Shown: positions 24,409 to 36,267 of the stretch, piece after piece
How positions within the stretch are numbered: the stretch's first letter is position 1
Layout: every line of letters starts with the position of its first letter
DNA from: Curvularia clavata
Lineage: Eukaryota
Assembly: GCA_023920165.1 (NCBI GenBank)
Contig: CP089276.1
Coordinates: forward strand, 1,178,001 to 1,242,000
DNA: 64,000 nt
Direction: 5' to 3'
Program-made: the position numbers and the translations under genes
Notes under the pieces: generated by a model
Seen by the model: the letters and a program-made list of their open reading frames with translations, nothing else
The model's database searches: none
What the model was told of the DNA's origin: nothing

Positions 24409-25268
24409 TGTTCAATTTTCGGCTTTTGATCTGCAAGCGATGATAATAACATTGCAACGAAAAATATGGGGACGTTGTGACGGCCATGATCAAGAATTTC
24501 AAGCACGTTTGTAGCAACGCGTAGTCACATCATGGAGGCAGTGCTGCATCCAGCCGGTTCCCGTGCGCAAACAAAGGGAACAATCCCAAGGGCGTTCCTG
24601 ATTAGATCTTAGGCGCCTTGCCCGATGCAGTCGTGCAGTCAAAGAAAAAACCAAATTGCGCCTCAAAACGGTCACGATATGAAGTGTTAATTACGAGTGT
24701 TACTGTTTTAAACATTCCATGATGCTTGTGCGCGTAAAAGGATAGATCAACGGCCAAACGTCCTCGAGAACCCAAGAAAAGCACTGCACTACCAGCCCTG
24801 CATAAGTCTCATCTGCATTTCGCGCGTGAATCTCGCCAAAAAGAAGTCTACTCCACTGTAAGAGCTTATTTTTCTACAGGACGCGGCGTACCACTCAAGT
24901 GGCGCAATGCATGTACCTGTTTCTGAGTCCAAACGCCGACTACCCCGCAGCGTTCGATCCTTTGACGTGTCCACCAGATGCTTCATAGTGCAAACTCCAC
25001 GTCTCAATTTTAAAATGTTTGGGCACGGATACGTTTTCATTCAATTTGAGTTCAAAAAACAGATTGTTGGCTCGACAAAGTAACTCCTCTCAACGCCCCT
25101 CCACGTGGCATACGTACGTAGTGTTCAGCGTTGACAAGTTGGCTACACCCTATTTCCCAATGTACTCAAGCTGCATAAGTCTGTCTCAAATTACCAGAAA
25201 CCCAATTTCGTCCCTTCGAACATCTCATCATGCCATCCGAACAGCTATCCGTGACATTTTCAAGCAGC

Positions 25269-26252
25269 CTATGGTGACAGCGCTTGATAGTTCTTCCGCG
25301 TATTCCATACTCGCCACTCACCTGCATTCACTGGCTCATACTTCTTTACTTCACCCTCCTCTTTTATTATTGGATCAATTAGCACATCGGGATCCGGATG
25401 AATAAAAAACGGGATCGAGAATCGCTCAGGCAGGACATCTTCTGATATCTTTGGGCTGACGACGCGATGCATAGTGCTTCGGCAGCGATCATTTGTAAGT
25501 CGCTGAAGCAAATCCGCGATATTGACAAGTACAGTTCCTGGAATTGGCAACGCTGGCTTAAAGTTACCAGTGTGGAAAGGATCGACTTCAAGACCGCCAA
25601 CGTTGTCTTGGAATAGCAGTGTGCAGAGGCCAAAGTCGGTATGCGGGATTATGCGCGCATGCCCCTCTTGCTCGACAATCCTTTTATCGATGGCAGGATA
25701 GTGGAGGAGGCGGAGTTGAGGGTCAGCCTGCCTCGTAATGCGGTCGAAGAAATCGTCCCCGAGATCCATGGCCATTGCGAGACATTTGAGTACATTCATG
25801 CCTAGGTTGTAACACTGGTTGTAAAATTCGTCAATGGTCTTGCGGAAGCCCGGAAGATCGTCATCTGTAGGACACAAAGGATTCCTGAAGCGGCGATACT
25901 CATAGCATTCTTTGTGATCGGTGCCGCCGTTTGCTTCGTCTCCATCTCCAGTGTACCCTTGGTTTATCTCGGCATCCTTGAGTCGCCAAGTATACTTTTT
26001 TCCCAAGGGAAGGTCAAAGAAAGATTTCGCCTGGCAAACATTAGTAGTTGTCAACACATCGTACTGCAAGATACTCACCAGTCTGAATATCTCATCAACG
26101 CACTCTTGCGGAATGCCATGGTCTTTCAGGTACACCCACCCAACCGTCGAGAATGCGTTGTAAACCTGCTTCGCAACTGCGCGTTTTGCCGCCTGGTCGC
26201 CATTGATAAATCGGTCAAACGAGACGATCGCAATGTCTGCTCCCTCTGTCAT
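25269..26252 (-). CDS. 2-oxoglutarate/Fe(II) dioxygenase (IPNS/DIOX family); the ORF includes one 48-nt in-frame intron
   Basis: LRLLHYP, HTDFG, HRVV and RFSIPFF (HxD...H...RxS). Intron gtgagt...ctaat...cag near 26078-26031. Confidence 0.92.
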   Translation of the reverse strand: MTEGADIAIVSFDRFINGDQAAKRAVAKQVYNAFSTVGWVYLKDHGIPQECVDEIFRLVSILQYDVLTTTNVCQAKSFFDLPLGKKYTWRLKDAEINQGYTGDGDEANGGTDHKECYEYRRFRNPLCPTDDDLPGFRKTIDEFYNQCYNLGMNVLKCLAMAMDLGDDFFDRITRQADPQLRLLHYPAIDKRIVEQEGHARIIPHTDFGLCTLLFQDNVGGLEVDPFHTGNFKPALPIPGTVLVNIADLLQRLTNDRCRSTMHRVVSPKISEDVLPERFSIPFFIHPDPDVLIDPIIKEEGEVKKYEPVNAGEWRVWNTRKNYQALSP

Positions 26253-27835
26253 TGCGTATGATCAATGATTGGTCTGATAATCTATGCACATACGCACCCG
26301 CAAAGACGCTGTCGGTAGGGAGGTGGGGCGGGCCTTCATCGGCCTATTCACTCACGTCATTCTGACTCGGCATGTACAACATGGCATCGTTGCTTTAGGT
26401 GGGGTAAGAGGCAAGCTCGAGTTAGGCAACTGTGGCCATCCCGTATTTTCTGTTCTGTTTCGGGGGTAACACATAGATGTCGGCCCTTCCTCATCTAGAT
26501 CCTCGTGGCTTTGACATGGAGGGAATAGCTACTCACGTGACCATTTATGCGATTGGATCATGCGCGACGTCCACGGAAACCCATTCACAATTTTGCATTG
26601 CTGAGATGTCATTCGCATGAATTCAGAGAATGCTTTGCAGCATCCCATCGAAATCCGGCAAGTACGTAACTGTACGCAAGGTTATAAAGCATATGAAAAC
26701 GGTCAGCCCATTCATACCAAGTCAAGCCAAGACATAGTAGATTTCTGAGCACGCATTAGCTGTTACAAAGAACAAAACAACGGAGTCAATTCAGTATTGG
26801 ATCCAATTTAGTAATATGCTTTGCTCTGAAGTCAAAATTCCAACACCTTGGAGCTAGTCAATAACGCACGGCGTCGTGTCTGCATGGACGATGTAGTCAG
26901 GCCGGACCGAACATCCCGGCTCTTTTAGGGAGATAACAAAGAGACTTGAAGATTAAAATCTACCCTCGATGACCCTCAAGCCTTACGTTGAACATTAGCC
27001 TGCTCTACTCAACTGTTGAACCGTGATTCTCCATATTCCGAACCGTGGTGACCAAAAAGGTCGGACGAAAACAATGGCACGATTCGAACCACGAGTTCCT
27101 ATTGATTTTTCATTCGCAATAAGTAGCGCCAGACCGTTATATACACAATCCTGAATATTTATCTCCATTTACCCCACATATTCACAAATACTATCAATTG
27201 TCAGATGATACTGCAATAAAAAGTCAGATCGACGTATCTGGGAAAGCTAATGCAGGGTTACAGAACGGGTGCTTTCATCTGCGTGCAGTCGGATTGGCAG
27301 GTTGGTGCAGCCCTCACTTTCAGAATGTCTCACTCTCATCACGTATATCACCGAGGCTGCGTTCATGGTCACGTGAATGCTAGACCTACAGCTCAAAGTC
27401 TCACTAGCTTATGCATAACGCAGCCAAGGTCGTAAGAGACACTTAGAAAGGAAACGAATTTCCAGGATATGAGATCCATCTAGTTGAGAATTAACTCATA
27501 TCAACATGGACGAGCTGTAGTGTTGGTGCGACTACGAGCCTACGCAGCGCGAGCTTCAAGAAGTCGCTAAGATAACTGATGCATTCGTGTATATTGTTGC
27601 ATGAATCAAGGAAGGTGACAGCTCCTTCTGCTAGTGCCGTTACTTTCACGGATCGGTTCGGCTCGGCCTTTCGTGAATGCGAACGTTCCCGTGGAAAGCG
27701 CACGGACCCTCCACTAAGGATCATGGCACCCGTCGAATAGTGTGGGGAAGCTGCTCCACATTCCGATGTTTAAAATGGATGGTTGTACCGTAAGTCTCCG
27801 TGGAGTTCGCGCATACTCCACGACACCTATTCACG

Positions 27836-29471
27836 ATGGCTTCTATGGTTTCGCTTCCACAAGTAGCAGCAGCATTATTTCTAGCTGCATGTGCTCTATT
27901 AGTCAAGGTATGAAGAATGCTCACTAGCATATTACACGCTAAAACCTGGAAGCTGTTGTGGAGAGCACATACATCCTCACTATCGAAGTTACCTGGCCCT
28001 TGGTACTCGAGATACACCAATATTGTTCTTCGCTTCCATACTCTCTCTGGCCGACGGATTTTCTATGTTGACGAGCTCCATAAACGGTATGGCGGCGTTG
28101 TTCGAATCGCCCCAAATGAAGTCGCCGTTGCAGACTTGGCAGGCGTATCTCAAATTCACAAAGTCGCGTCTGGGTTTCTCAAGTCTCCTTTCTACTCGAA
28201 TCTGACTCCGGACCAAAATCCGGGCATTTTTGCTATGCGCGACCCATATGCTCATGCCGCTAGGAGAAAGCTGTTTGCAAGAGCCTTCAGCAATTCAAGC
28301 TTGAAGATTCACTGGGATGCGGAAGTTAGACGGAAGGTGGTTTTAGCTGTGGAAAGGATCAAGCGAGATGCTCTTGGTGCAGAGAAAGGAGCCGATGTCC
28401 TAAAGTGGTGGACGCTCATGGCTACAGATGTCATCGCTCACCTCAGTTTTGGAGAAAGCTTCGATATGCTGAAGTCGGAAAAGGTTCGTTGTTACCTCTG
28501 AAAATTGGCCATTCGTGAAAGGTTCTAAATAATACGACAGCAAACATCTTATATCACAGCGCTTCAAAACGCCCTGATTGATGGAGTTTTGCATGCCGAG
28601 GCTCCCCTTTTGTACGCAGTCCTCCGCTACGTACCACTGAAAAAGGTACAAAATATCGTAAAAGCTACTGTAGAGATAAACCGACATGGCGAAATTGCGG
28701 TTCGGAATATGCGGCGAAGCGGTGGAAACACAGTGAATCTGTTCTCACAGATTGTTGCAGCCAGCGAAGGTGAGCAGAAGGTATCATTGACAGACAAGGA
28801 CGTAAAAGAAGAGGCCGGGAACCTCATCGTCGCCGGGTCAGACACCACCGCTATAACATTAACCTATCTCGTCTGGGCCGTGCTCAAGCAGCCTGAATTG
28901 CAATCGCAGCTTGAGCACGAGGTATCTCAATTAAGCGATGACTTGGACAACACTGAGCTTGAGGCTGCACCCTTGCTCAACAGTGTGATTGAAGAGACCT
29001 TGAGACTGTATGGGGCTGCACCCGGTGCTCTCCCTCGGATAGTACCCAGCCAGGGTGCTACCATCGGCGGTTATCGCATTCCAGGCGGGGTCGAAGTCAG
29101 CACTCAAGCCTATACAAATCATCGTGATCCTTCAATCTTTCCCAACCCACTACAGTAAGCTTTTGATTCCCTTGCAAAGATGGGGTACCTCAAATACTAA
29201 CGTGGATATCAGATTCGACGGCTACCGCTTCATGAATAAGTCAGAGATGTCAAGTCAACTGAAGGCAGCTTACATGCCCTTTGGAGGTGGATCTAGAATT
29301 TGTCTAGGCATACATCTCGCGTACATGGAGCTGCGATTTTCCACAGCTCTATTTTTTCGGCAATGTCGCGGCGCTCGAATCTCTGAATTTATGAAAGACG
29401 AGATGATGGAGATGGACAACAGATTCTTGATCGCACCGAAAGGACATTGTTGCTACATCACCATGCGCTGA
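27836..29471 (+). CDS. Cytochrome P450; exons about 27836-27907, 27953-28483, 28541-29154, 29213-29471
   Basis: TM anchor, LSKLPGPWY, AGSDTT, EETLR and FGGGSRICLG; canonical introns join in frame. Confidence 0.92.
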
Positions 29472-29650
29472 GACGACTATGACGCAATATGTAAGTTGCA
29501 CAGAGCAAATATCTCACTCGGTGTATTTTTCTTCAAACCAAATGAATTCTCGTCTATTTTGTCTATTCTTGAGTCTAAACATAGGAAACATGCGAATACA
29601 TCAATGTGCCCACCAAGATCCAATAACGCCAAAAAACTGAATGAATCGCT

Positions 29651-31054
29651 TCAGAGTGCCACATACTGCTTGGTGAGTCGTGGATGGAGTTCCTCCCACT
29701 GTTTAATCAGTTCGAAAGCCAAACCGCGCAGCTCGACTGCAAGTAGTCCAAAAGTGGCGATCTTGAAAATCTTTCGTGCAATGATCGCCTCCTCAGCCAA
29801 CGCCATCGTAGCATACTCAGGAGAAGCTGTCTCCAAGAAAGCTTCCTTTATCGCCTTTTCCTCCCGACTGATAGCACCAGTGTTCGCTGCATCTTCTTTT
29901 TCCTCCTCAAGCTCGGGATTCCAAGCCCAAAACGGACCGCGAAACGCGACAAACTTAGGCGCGAAACGAGCCATATCCCAGTCGACAACGCCAGTAACCT
30001 TGACAGCTGTGTCGCTGGCAATTTCGACCAGGATGTTACGGCCAAAGAAATCGCCATGTACGAGGTGAAAGCTGCCTCCAAGCCAGCCTTTCTCCTCCAG
30101 AATGGTTATAATCTCCTTGATCTTGCTCCACAACGGGGTGGACATGCTGAAGCCTGGCATGTTCTTATTTTCATATTCGATCCAGCGTTTGCAACAGCTC
30201 ATCAAAAATTCATGCGGTGTCTGCTCCATTGCCTCGCAGGGGCCCGGCAGGTCGCTCCTCTGTGCCTGATATTTAGTTGGAATGAGAAACTCGTTCACCT
30301 TGATGTCTTTGCCAGGAGAAGTGACATTGCTGTACGCAATTTGGCCAGCCGCCGGCGCAGTGACTGAAGCAATCTTCTCCACGATTTGGGTGATTGCCTG
30401 GATTGCCGATACCTTCTGCTTCAGATTCAGCTCAGCCCAGCTACGCTCCAATTGCGTCCCTCCTATAAAATTCTGCAGCGTAAAAGGTCGATCGAGAGCA
30501 TTGTAGCCCTTCAGGTCGTGCTTTAAGATCCTAGGGACGGGCAGGTCGAGACGCTGACCCACAACATACAAATTAGCGATATCTTGATAGATGTCATCCA
30601 TGGAATAGCTCGGTAGTGGATCATTGAACCCGGAATCGGCCACTGGGATGCGCAGTGCGAATGTACGTGGCTTGGGAGGTGTACCGAAGAGCCTCGATAT
30701 CTCGGCGCTAGGTTTACTACCATCACCTCGTCTACTCTTAGGTACTACGTCAACACCAACAACGATGTTATAAGAGCCTTTGCCAAGTAGCCTGATGGAA
30801 GGATGCTGCGACCCATCGGGGGGAAACAAGCTGGACAACAGCTGGAAAACCTTCTCTCGAAAATCAATGTTTTCTCCATCTGGATGGTAACCTCCATCAG
30901 GCGTGAAGATTCTGTCATCGTCAAAAAAGTCAAGTGATGCCGGTGGTTGCAATTCGGAAGATTGGGGGTTAGAGCGCAGGTTGGCCGGCAAGTTCTGGAG
31001 AGCCTCTTGAAGTTGGGCAAGGTTGCTAACTTGGAATCTACCAATGGGTGCCAT
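29651..31054 (-). CDS. APH/phosphotransferase-family kinase-like protein (paralog 1)
   Basis: GKGSYN glycine loop, ALRIP, LPVPRI, HGDFFGRNILV (HxDxxxxN) and GVVDWD. Confidence 0.88.
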   Translation of the reverse strand: MAPIGRFQVSNLAQLQEALQNLPANLRSNPQSSELQPPASLDFFDDDRIFTPDGGYHPDGENIDFREKVFQLLSSLFPPDGSQHPSIRLLGKGSYNIVVGVDVVPKSRRGDGSKPSAEISRLFGTPPKPRTFALRIPVADSGFNDPLPSYSMDDIYQDIANLYVVGQRLDLPVPRILKHDLKGYNALDRPFTLQNFIGGTQLERSWAELNLKQKVSAIQAITQIVEKIASVTAPAAGQIAYSNVTSPGKDIKVNEFLIPTKYQAQRSDLPGPCEAMEQTPHEFLMSCCKRWIEYENKNMPGFSMSTPLWSKIKEIITILEEKGWLGGSFHLVHGDFFGRNILVEIASDTAVKVTGVVDWDMARFAPKFVAFRGPFWAWNPELEEEKEDAANTGAISREEKAIKEAFLETASPEYATMALAEEAIIARKIFKIATFGLLAVELRGLAFELIKQWEELHPRLTKQYVAL

Positions 31055-32534
31055 ATTGAAATCTTTTCACTGTTTTTGTCTTGTTGGTGAGTATAGAATC
31101 CGTTTCCTCCAATATACTTGGGTTTTTGGTGTAGAGTATATAAATGATTTTCGCCTTTCCTGAACTATACGTTGTGAATTAAGAGGAGATAATGTGTTCT
31201 TCCTGCTCTTAATGTACGTATACAATGTTGGTGTGCTTCATGTCTTAGTTTGACAGTGAAACCAACGCCCGCTCCTATTGGGCTCAAAGCCCCAAGTCGC
31301 AAATAACCTTGTGCAAGCGTTGTGACTTTCTAAAAGCCACGCTTTCATTAAACTACAGTAGCACGGTTGTTGAACTGAGTTTCACTAGGAAACTAATACA
31401 CTGTCAGAAAATTAGAAATTTGGTTGCATTCTACGATGCCCATTGCAAAAGATCTTGGGCTGTATCATGTCTTTATACTTACTAAGTTACAACCGTCTAC
31501 TAAGTTATGAATCTGGGAGCTACTGGATGATAATATGATCCAGGAATCAGTCAAATATCTTCAATTAGGTGAGCCTGGGAGAGCTTGTGTTCCGTTCGTC
31601 GGAGCAAAGACGCAATACAACGTCTCAGCACGAGGATAAACTGAGCTTGCGCGATACGGCGTAGCAGGTGGCATAGTATACGTCACTCGAGTTTCAGGGT
31701 TATCTTGGGGACATCTCTGCAATGTCACATGAAATAACTTCAGCAGTAAAGATTGCGTTCTTTGTTGCCAGTTTTCACACGTGAACTGTCTTTGACACAA
31801 ACTGTATCGCTTAGCGCAGGGTTGCATTGTATACATAATCGATTCCAGTCAGGCGCCTGCACAATGTTGCTGTCAGGATGTATCTGGAGGATGAGCTCCC
31901 TTGCTATCAGAACAATGCAGTATCTCCAAATTAATTTTCCATCTTGCGCAATGCATTCGAATGACAATCAGATGATTAGTGTCCATCTCTATATGCTGGG
32001 GCGCACGGCGTTTCAAAACGCCTTTTCTTTCAGGTGCCCAGATTGTATCTACCATGTCTATACATCGATAGGTCTAGTGTGGATTTGTCTCGTACCTCTT
32101 GCTCTTCCAGTGGATCAGCTTACGACGTTGAGAGATTTGCTGTTGACCAAGCTGTTGCTCCTCCTGTCGGTGCCATCTACCGACTCTTCTCTGCACCAAA
32201 GTCAAGATCCTCCAAGTGCATGTAGCAGTAGTGTGCTGAAATGTCTGCGAGCCGTGTTGCGCGCTGTGGCTAAGGGCCCTGGCATTATGATGCTTGCCTC
32301 AGGCAGCTATTGTTCCCGATCTATGGGCAGCCATATTATATGACACCTACTCCTAGCATGAGTGAGGTTCATTATCACTCTACATAGATTTTTCGTGCAG
32401 AGTTGATTAGATCTCTTCGTAGATCATCTAGAGTTACATTAGTAGGATTCACTGATGCATGTTGATATATATTCCTTCAAAAGTCACGGCATCTAGCCTC
32501 GAGATTTACATTAGTTACACACACAACGATACAG

Positions 32535-35426
32535 TTATAGTTCCTCGCTACTACACTCCGCTCGCCAGGTATGCAGCGTTTCGAGTGACGACTGTGTATC
32601 ATGATGTTTCTCGCCGAAGACCTCCTGACGCAACTGGAAGCATGTTTCCATCAGTGCAAGAGCCTCCTCACGGCGAGCTTGCGAGTGCAGTGTGAAGGCA
32701 AGATTTCCCATGCTAGTCAGTGTGCTATGATGCCCCTCGCCAAGCACTCTCTTCCTTGTTTCCACCACCTGCACCTCTAGCTGTTCGGCCTCACCCCATC
32801 TCCCTTGGTTCCAGTACGTCGACGCCAGGCTAGCCATGCTGTTCAGGGTGTCAGGATGCTCCTTGCCAAGTACTCTAGTCCTCGTCTGTACTACTTGCAT
32901 CTCTAGCTCTTCGGCCTCACCCCATCGCCCTTGGTTACTATATGTTACCGCTAGGTTAGCTACGCTTTTCAGCGTGTCAGGATGCTCCTCGCCAAGTAAT
33001 CTCTTCTGAGTCTGCAACACTTGCACCTGTAGCTCTTCGGCGTCGCCCCATCTCCCTTGGTTACTATACGTTAACGCGAGGTTGGCTATGCTAGCCAATG
33101 TTTCAGGATGCTCCTCGCCAGATACCCTCTTCCTCATCTGCATTACTTGTATAAGAAGCTCCTCGGCTTCGCCGCGTCGCCTTTGGTTCCAGTACGTCGT
33201 CGCCAGGTTAGCCATGCTGTTCAGCGTGTCGGGATGCTCCTTGCCAAGCACTCTCCTCTGAGTCTGTATTGCTTCAACAAAAATCTCTTCAGCCTCGCTC
33301 CATCGCCCTTGGTTCCAGTAAGTTGACGCCAGGTTAGCCATGCTTTTCAGCGTGCTAGGATGCTCCTTGCCAAGCACTCTCTTCTGAGTCTGCATTACTT
33401 CAAAGAAAAGCTTTCCCGCTTCCTTGTACATCCCATCACTGTACAGACTCTTAGCACATTTCCATGCAAGATCTAATCTCTCCTCGTCACTATCTTCTGT
33501 CTGACTGTGTGACAGAGTGAATAAAGCATGCGGAAGTAAGCGCCTCCACTTGCTTCTACTATGATCGTCGTTCGGGAATACCTCAACTAGCTTTGTGATA
33601 GTGCGTTGGGTCCATTGTTGGAGTTGTCCCTGAGCTTGTAGTCTTGAACGTAGGGCATCATGCACTAGTCTATGGATGTCTAGTGCTGATTCCGCAGGTC
33701 GTCTAGTAACGAGAGCATACTTATCAAGTGTCTTAACAGCATCTTCACGAGCCCGTAGTGAAGCTGTCTCTAGAAGATCAAGTGAGATATCCCTCCGATT
33801 TACGCACGCACTGATGAAAAGATAGTCTATAGCGATATGGTCACTATTGTAGACTTGGTTTATGGAGAGAGATAGTGTAGCAGCTACAGTCTTTCTCAGA
33901 CCACATTCCCGCTGCTTGTCTTCAAAGAGGTTATCATCGTACCCGAGAGCTGCGTCTTTGTGCTGAACCAGCTGTGCTTGGTACTGCTGCACACTTACGC
34001 TACTGGCGTTTATGCACGCTGCTGCTTGTGCAATTGCCAAAGGCGAATACAATAGCTCTTTCAGTAACTGCATAGCAGCATGTTGCTCAGTGTTCGAAAA
34101 CGGCGTTGCCACGCGGTTTTGTAACATCCTTAGCGCTGTGTCTGGCGTCAGCTCCTGAAGCACTGTGACGTGCTGTGGAGCGAGTGCCTCAGCTATGTTA
34201 CTCTCTGTTGTTGTAAAGATAACAGAACATAGCTTGGAGTGCGGCAGAAATTCGGCCAAGTCTGTACTAGTAGCTTCGGTCGTAGGCAAGCTACTTAGCC
34301 ATGCGGTAGTGCGCTCCACGTTATCGAAGATTAGCAAACACTGTCGCGTACTTATTGTTGCCACACAGCGTTCTATGACCTGCTTTGTGTCCACCTGGTC
34401 ATCGTCACACCCGGGAATACTAAGCTTCTGCGCAATTTTTGTGTAAGACCGGTAGAGACTGTCTCTGTCGCTCGCGTCTATCCAGAACACTGAGCAGTTT
34501 CTGCAATTCTGTTTTGTCATATAGGCAGCCTCGAGTGCGAGCTGCGATTTCCCTGTTCCGCCAGAACCAACAATTGCTAGCGTGGTTGTGGTCTGCTTAT
34601 TACTGAAGAGCTTTGCTTCTAGCTCTGTAAGCTGTAGTTCGCGGCCTACAAAAGACTGGTTTCGTGAGAATGGAATAATCGACGGCGCGCTGCTGCCTGC
34701 TTCCTCAACTTCAGCTTGCAGTCTTCTTAATGCGCTCTGCTTTCCTTCTCCATACGTCGTAGACATAGAGATGCCAAGGAGTCCAAGCAGGCAATACACA
34801 ATATCTTCATCTTCGGTTGTTCTGCGAGTTTTAACCCATTGAATTCGCTCAGATATGCTGAACTGGTCTAAAGCACAGTTATGTAGCGCGGCGAGTGGGA
34901 TTTGGGTGATATCGTGTAATAGATGATCAAGTGACACTTTATCGCCTATGCGTTGTCCTTCACACGAAAAGAACTCGACTGTCACTGGTGCGATCAGCTC
35001 TTGGAGCGTCCATCCTCGAGTAAACCATTCACTGTTCCGGAACGAGGTCTCCCAGTCGCTGCGTTGGGGCGTATCTGCTGTAGCGGAGAGCAAGACATCC
35101 GAAAGAAAGACATAACATCGGGCGGCGTTTCGGTACCACTGAAACATTGAATTGATCGCCCTCGACCGCTCGTCGTGGTCCCATCTATCGATGCAGCATG
35201 TGTCAATCCAGAAGTACTGCAGTTTATCTTGAGCTGCTTGTTTGGCACAGAATTGTAGCTTTCGGTAGCCTTCTCCTTTCTCTTTATAGTTTCCATCTAG
35301 TACATTTTCAATAAGGATCTCGGAGTCGCCCCATCGGTGCGATAGGATGGCGTAGGGTGGGATCGGCTTGCCGCGAAAGTTTGTCAAGATTAGCCTGCCT
35401 GATGCGTCGAAATGAAGAAGCCGCAT
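32535..35426 (-). CDS. Fungal NLR: HET domain + NB-ARC + TPR repeats, 963 aa
   Basis: HET domain (PYAILSHRWG, FWIDTCCID, INSMFQWY, WFTRGWTLQELIAP); P-loop GSGGTGKSQLA; Walker B LLIFDNVE; seven 42-aa repeats of the type LG.EHP.TL.S.ANLA.TY.NQGRW. Confidence 0.95.
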   Translation of the reverse strand: MRLLHFDASGRLILTNFRGKPIPPYAILSHRWGDSEILIENVLDGNYKEKGEGYRKLQFCAKQAAQDKLQYFWIDTCCIDRWDHDERSRAINSMFQWYRNAARCYVFLSDVLLSATADTPQRSDWETSFRNSEWFTRGWTLQELIAPVTVEFFSCEGQRIGDKVSLDHLLHDITQIPLAALHNCALDQFSISERIQWVKTRRTTEDEDIVYCLLGLLGISMSTTYGEGKQSALRRLQAEVEEAGSSAPSIIPFSRNQSFVGRELQLTELEAKLFSNKQTTTTLAIVGSGGTGKSQLALEAAYMTKQNCRNCSVFWIDASDRDSLYRSYTKIAQKLSIPGCDDDQVDTKQVIERCVATISTRQCLLIFDNVERTTAWLSSLPTTEATSTDLAEFLPHSKLCSVIFTTTESNIAEALAPQHVTVLQELTPDTALRMLQNRVATPFSNTEQHAAMQLLKELLYSPLAIAQAAACINASSVSVQQYQAQLVQHKDAALGYDDNLFEDKQRECGLRKTVAATLSLSINQVYNSDHIAIDYLFISACVNRRDISLDLLETASLRAREDAVKTLDKYALVTRRPAESALDIHRLVHDALRSRLQAQGQLQQWTQRTITKLVEVFPNDDHSRSKWRRLLPHALFTLSHSQTEDSDEERLDLAWKCAKSLYSDGMYKEAGKLFFEVMQTQKRVLGKEHPSTLKSMANLASTYWNQGRWSEAEEIFVEAIQTQRRVLGKEHPDTLNSMANLATTYWNQRRRGEAEELLIQVMQMRKRVSGEEHPETLASIANLALTYSNQGRWGDAEELQVQVLQTQKRLLGEEHPDTLKSVANLAVTYSNQGRWGEAEELEMQVVQTRTRVLGKEHPDTLNSMASLASTYWNQGRWGEAEQLEVQVVETRKRVLGEGHHSTLTSMGNLAFTLHSQARREEALALMETCFQLRQEVFGEKHHDTQSSLETLHTWRAECSSEEL

Positions 35427-36267
35427 GGCGCTTATAGTTCGGATTGCAGTCTGGGGGAGTGGAGAGGTAAACGACTTTTGTGATGATTTAGTGATAAACT
35501 AGTAGGAGTAAAATGTTAGCGAGAGTGAAATGATATGTTTACGACGGTGCAGAGGAGGCAGCCTGTTGAGGCAGTGCATGCAACCAGGCTGACGGTGCTG
35601 CTGGCTATATCAAAGTGCCCAGCGTCCTGCAATAGCTCGCCTCACTACCCCCGCTAATGCAGTATTTGCTTTATAAAACCATGTTAAAAGAGTTCAAATG
35701 TAACTGCACAAGATGCTAGTAGATATAGCTAATCTACAAAGGTTGTCGTTGTAGCGTCTCGCCTGGTTCTGCGCGATGGGAGTGGGCGCGACCGAGAAAA
35801 TAGAAAACGGCTGCCTACACGGGAATAAAGGCTGCCAAAGGTCAGGCGGTGAGTGGGAGCCGCAGCTCTCAGCTACAGTGCACAACCCCTCAGCCCACCG
35901 AGATCTCTGAGAATATCGGTCGTCGCGAACAAACAAGAAGCTATTTGAGTAGAGTCGATGGACGGCACTGACAGAACGAGCGACGGCGTGGTCAATAATG
36001 CGCTTTTCGGTATTGGAGATTGACGTGCTAGGAGAACAAGCGCTGAAGAATGGAGGCGTATTGCATTTAGAAAAATGCAAGCGCGCTAGGGCTATTCCGA
36101 GAATAAAAGGTGTCCCGTCACACCGTGCTTCTCGATACGAAGGGACAGACGTTGTATGAACAGCAATTACTACGCAAAGCGCAAGAAAATGAAACCAGCA
36201 ACATTTCTTCAACCAAGAGGTTGCTTCTTACAAATTCAATGACCATTTCTGCAAAGGGTCGCAGGGT

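Noticed and set aside
27071..27150. tRNA-like segment on the minus strand with GGTTCGAATC
   Set aside because: The acceptor and T stems do not pair. At best a decayed relic; tRNAscan-SE would decide.
31561..32343. ORFs downstream of the NLR as a possible amyloid-motif or effector partner
   Set aside because: No HeLo/HeLL, gasdermin or amyloid motif recognised and no convincing gene model; the NLR already carries its own HET domain.
32560..33480. Regular 126-bp repeats as a CRISPR-like array
   Set aside because: They are in-frame TPR coding repeats without spacers, in a eukaryotic gene.
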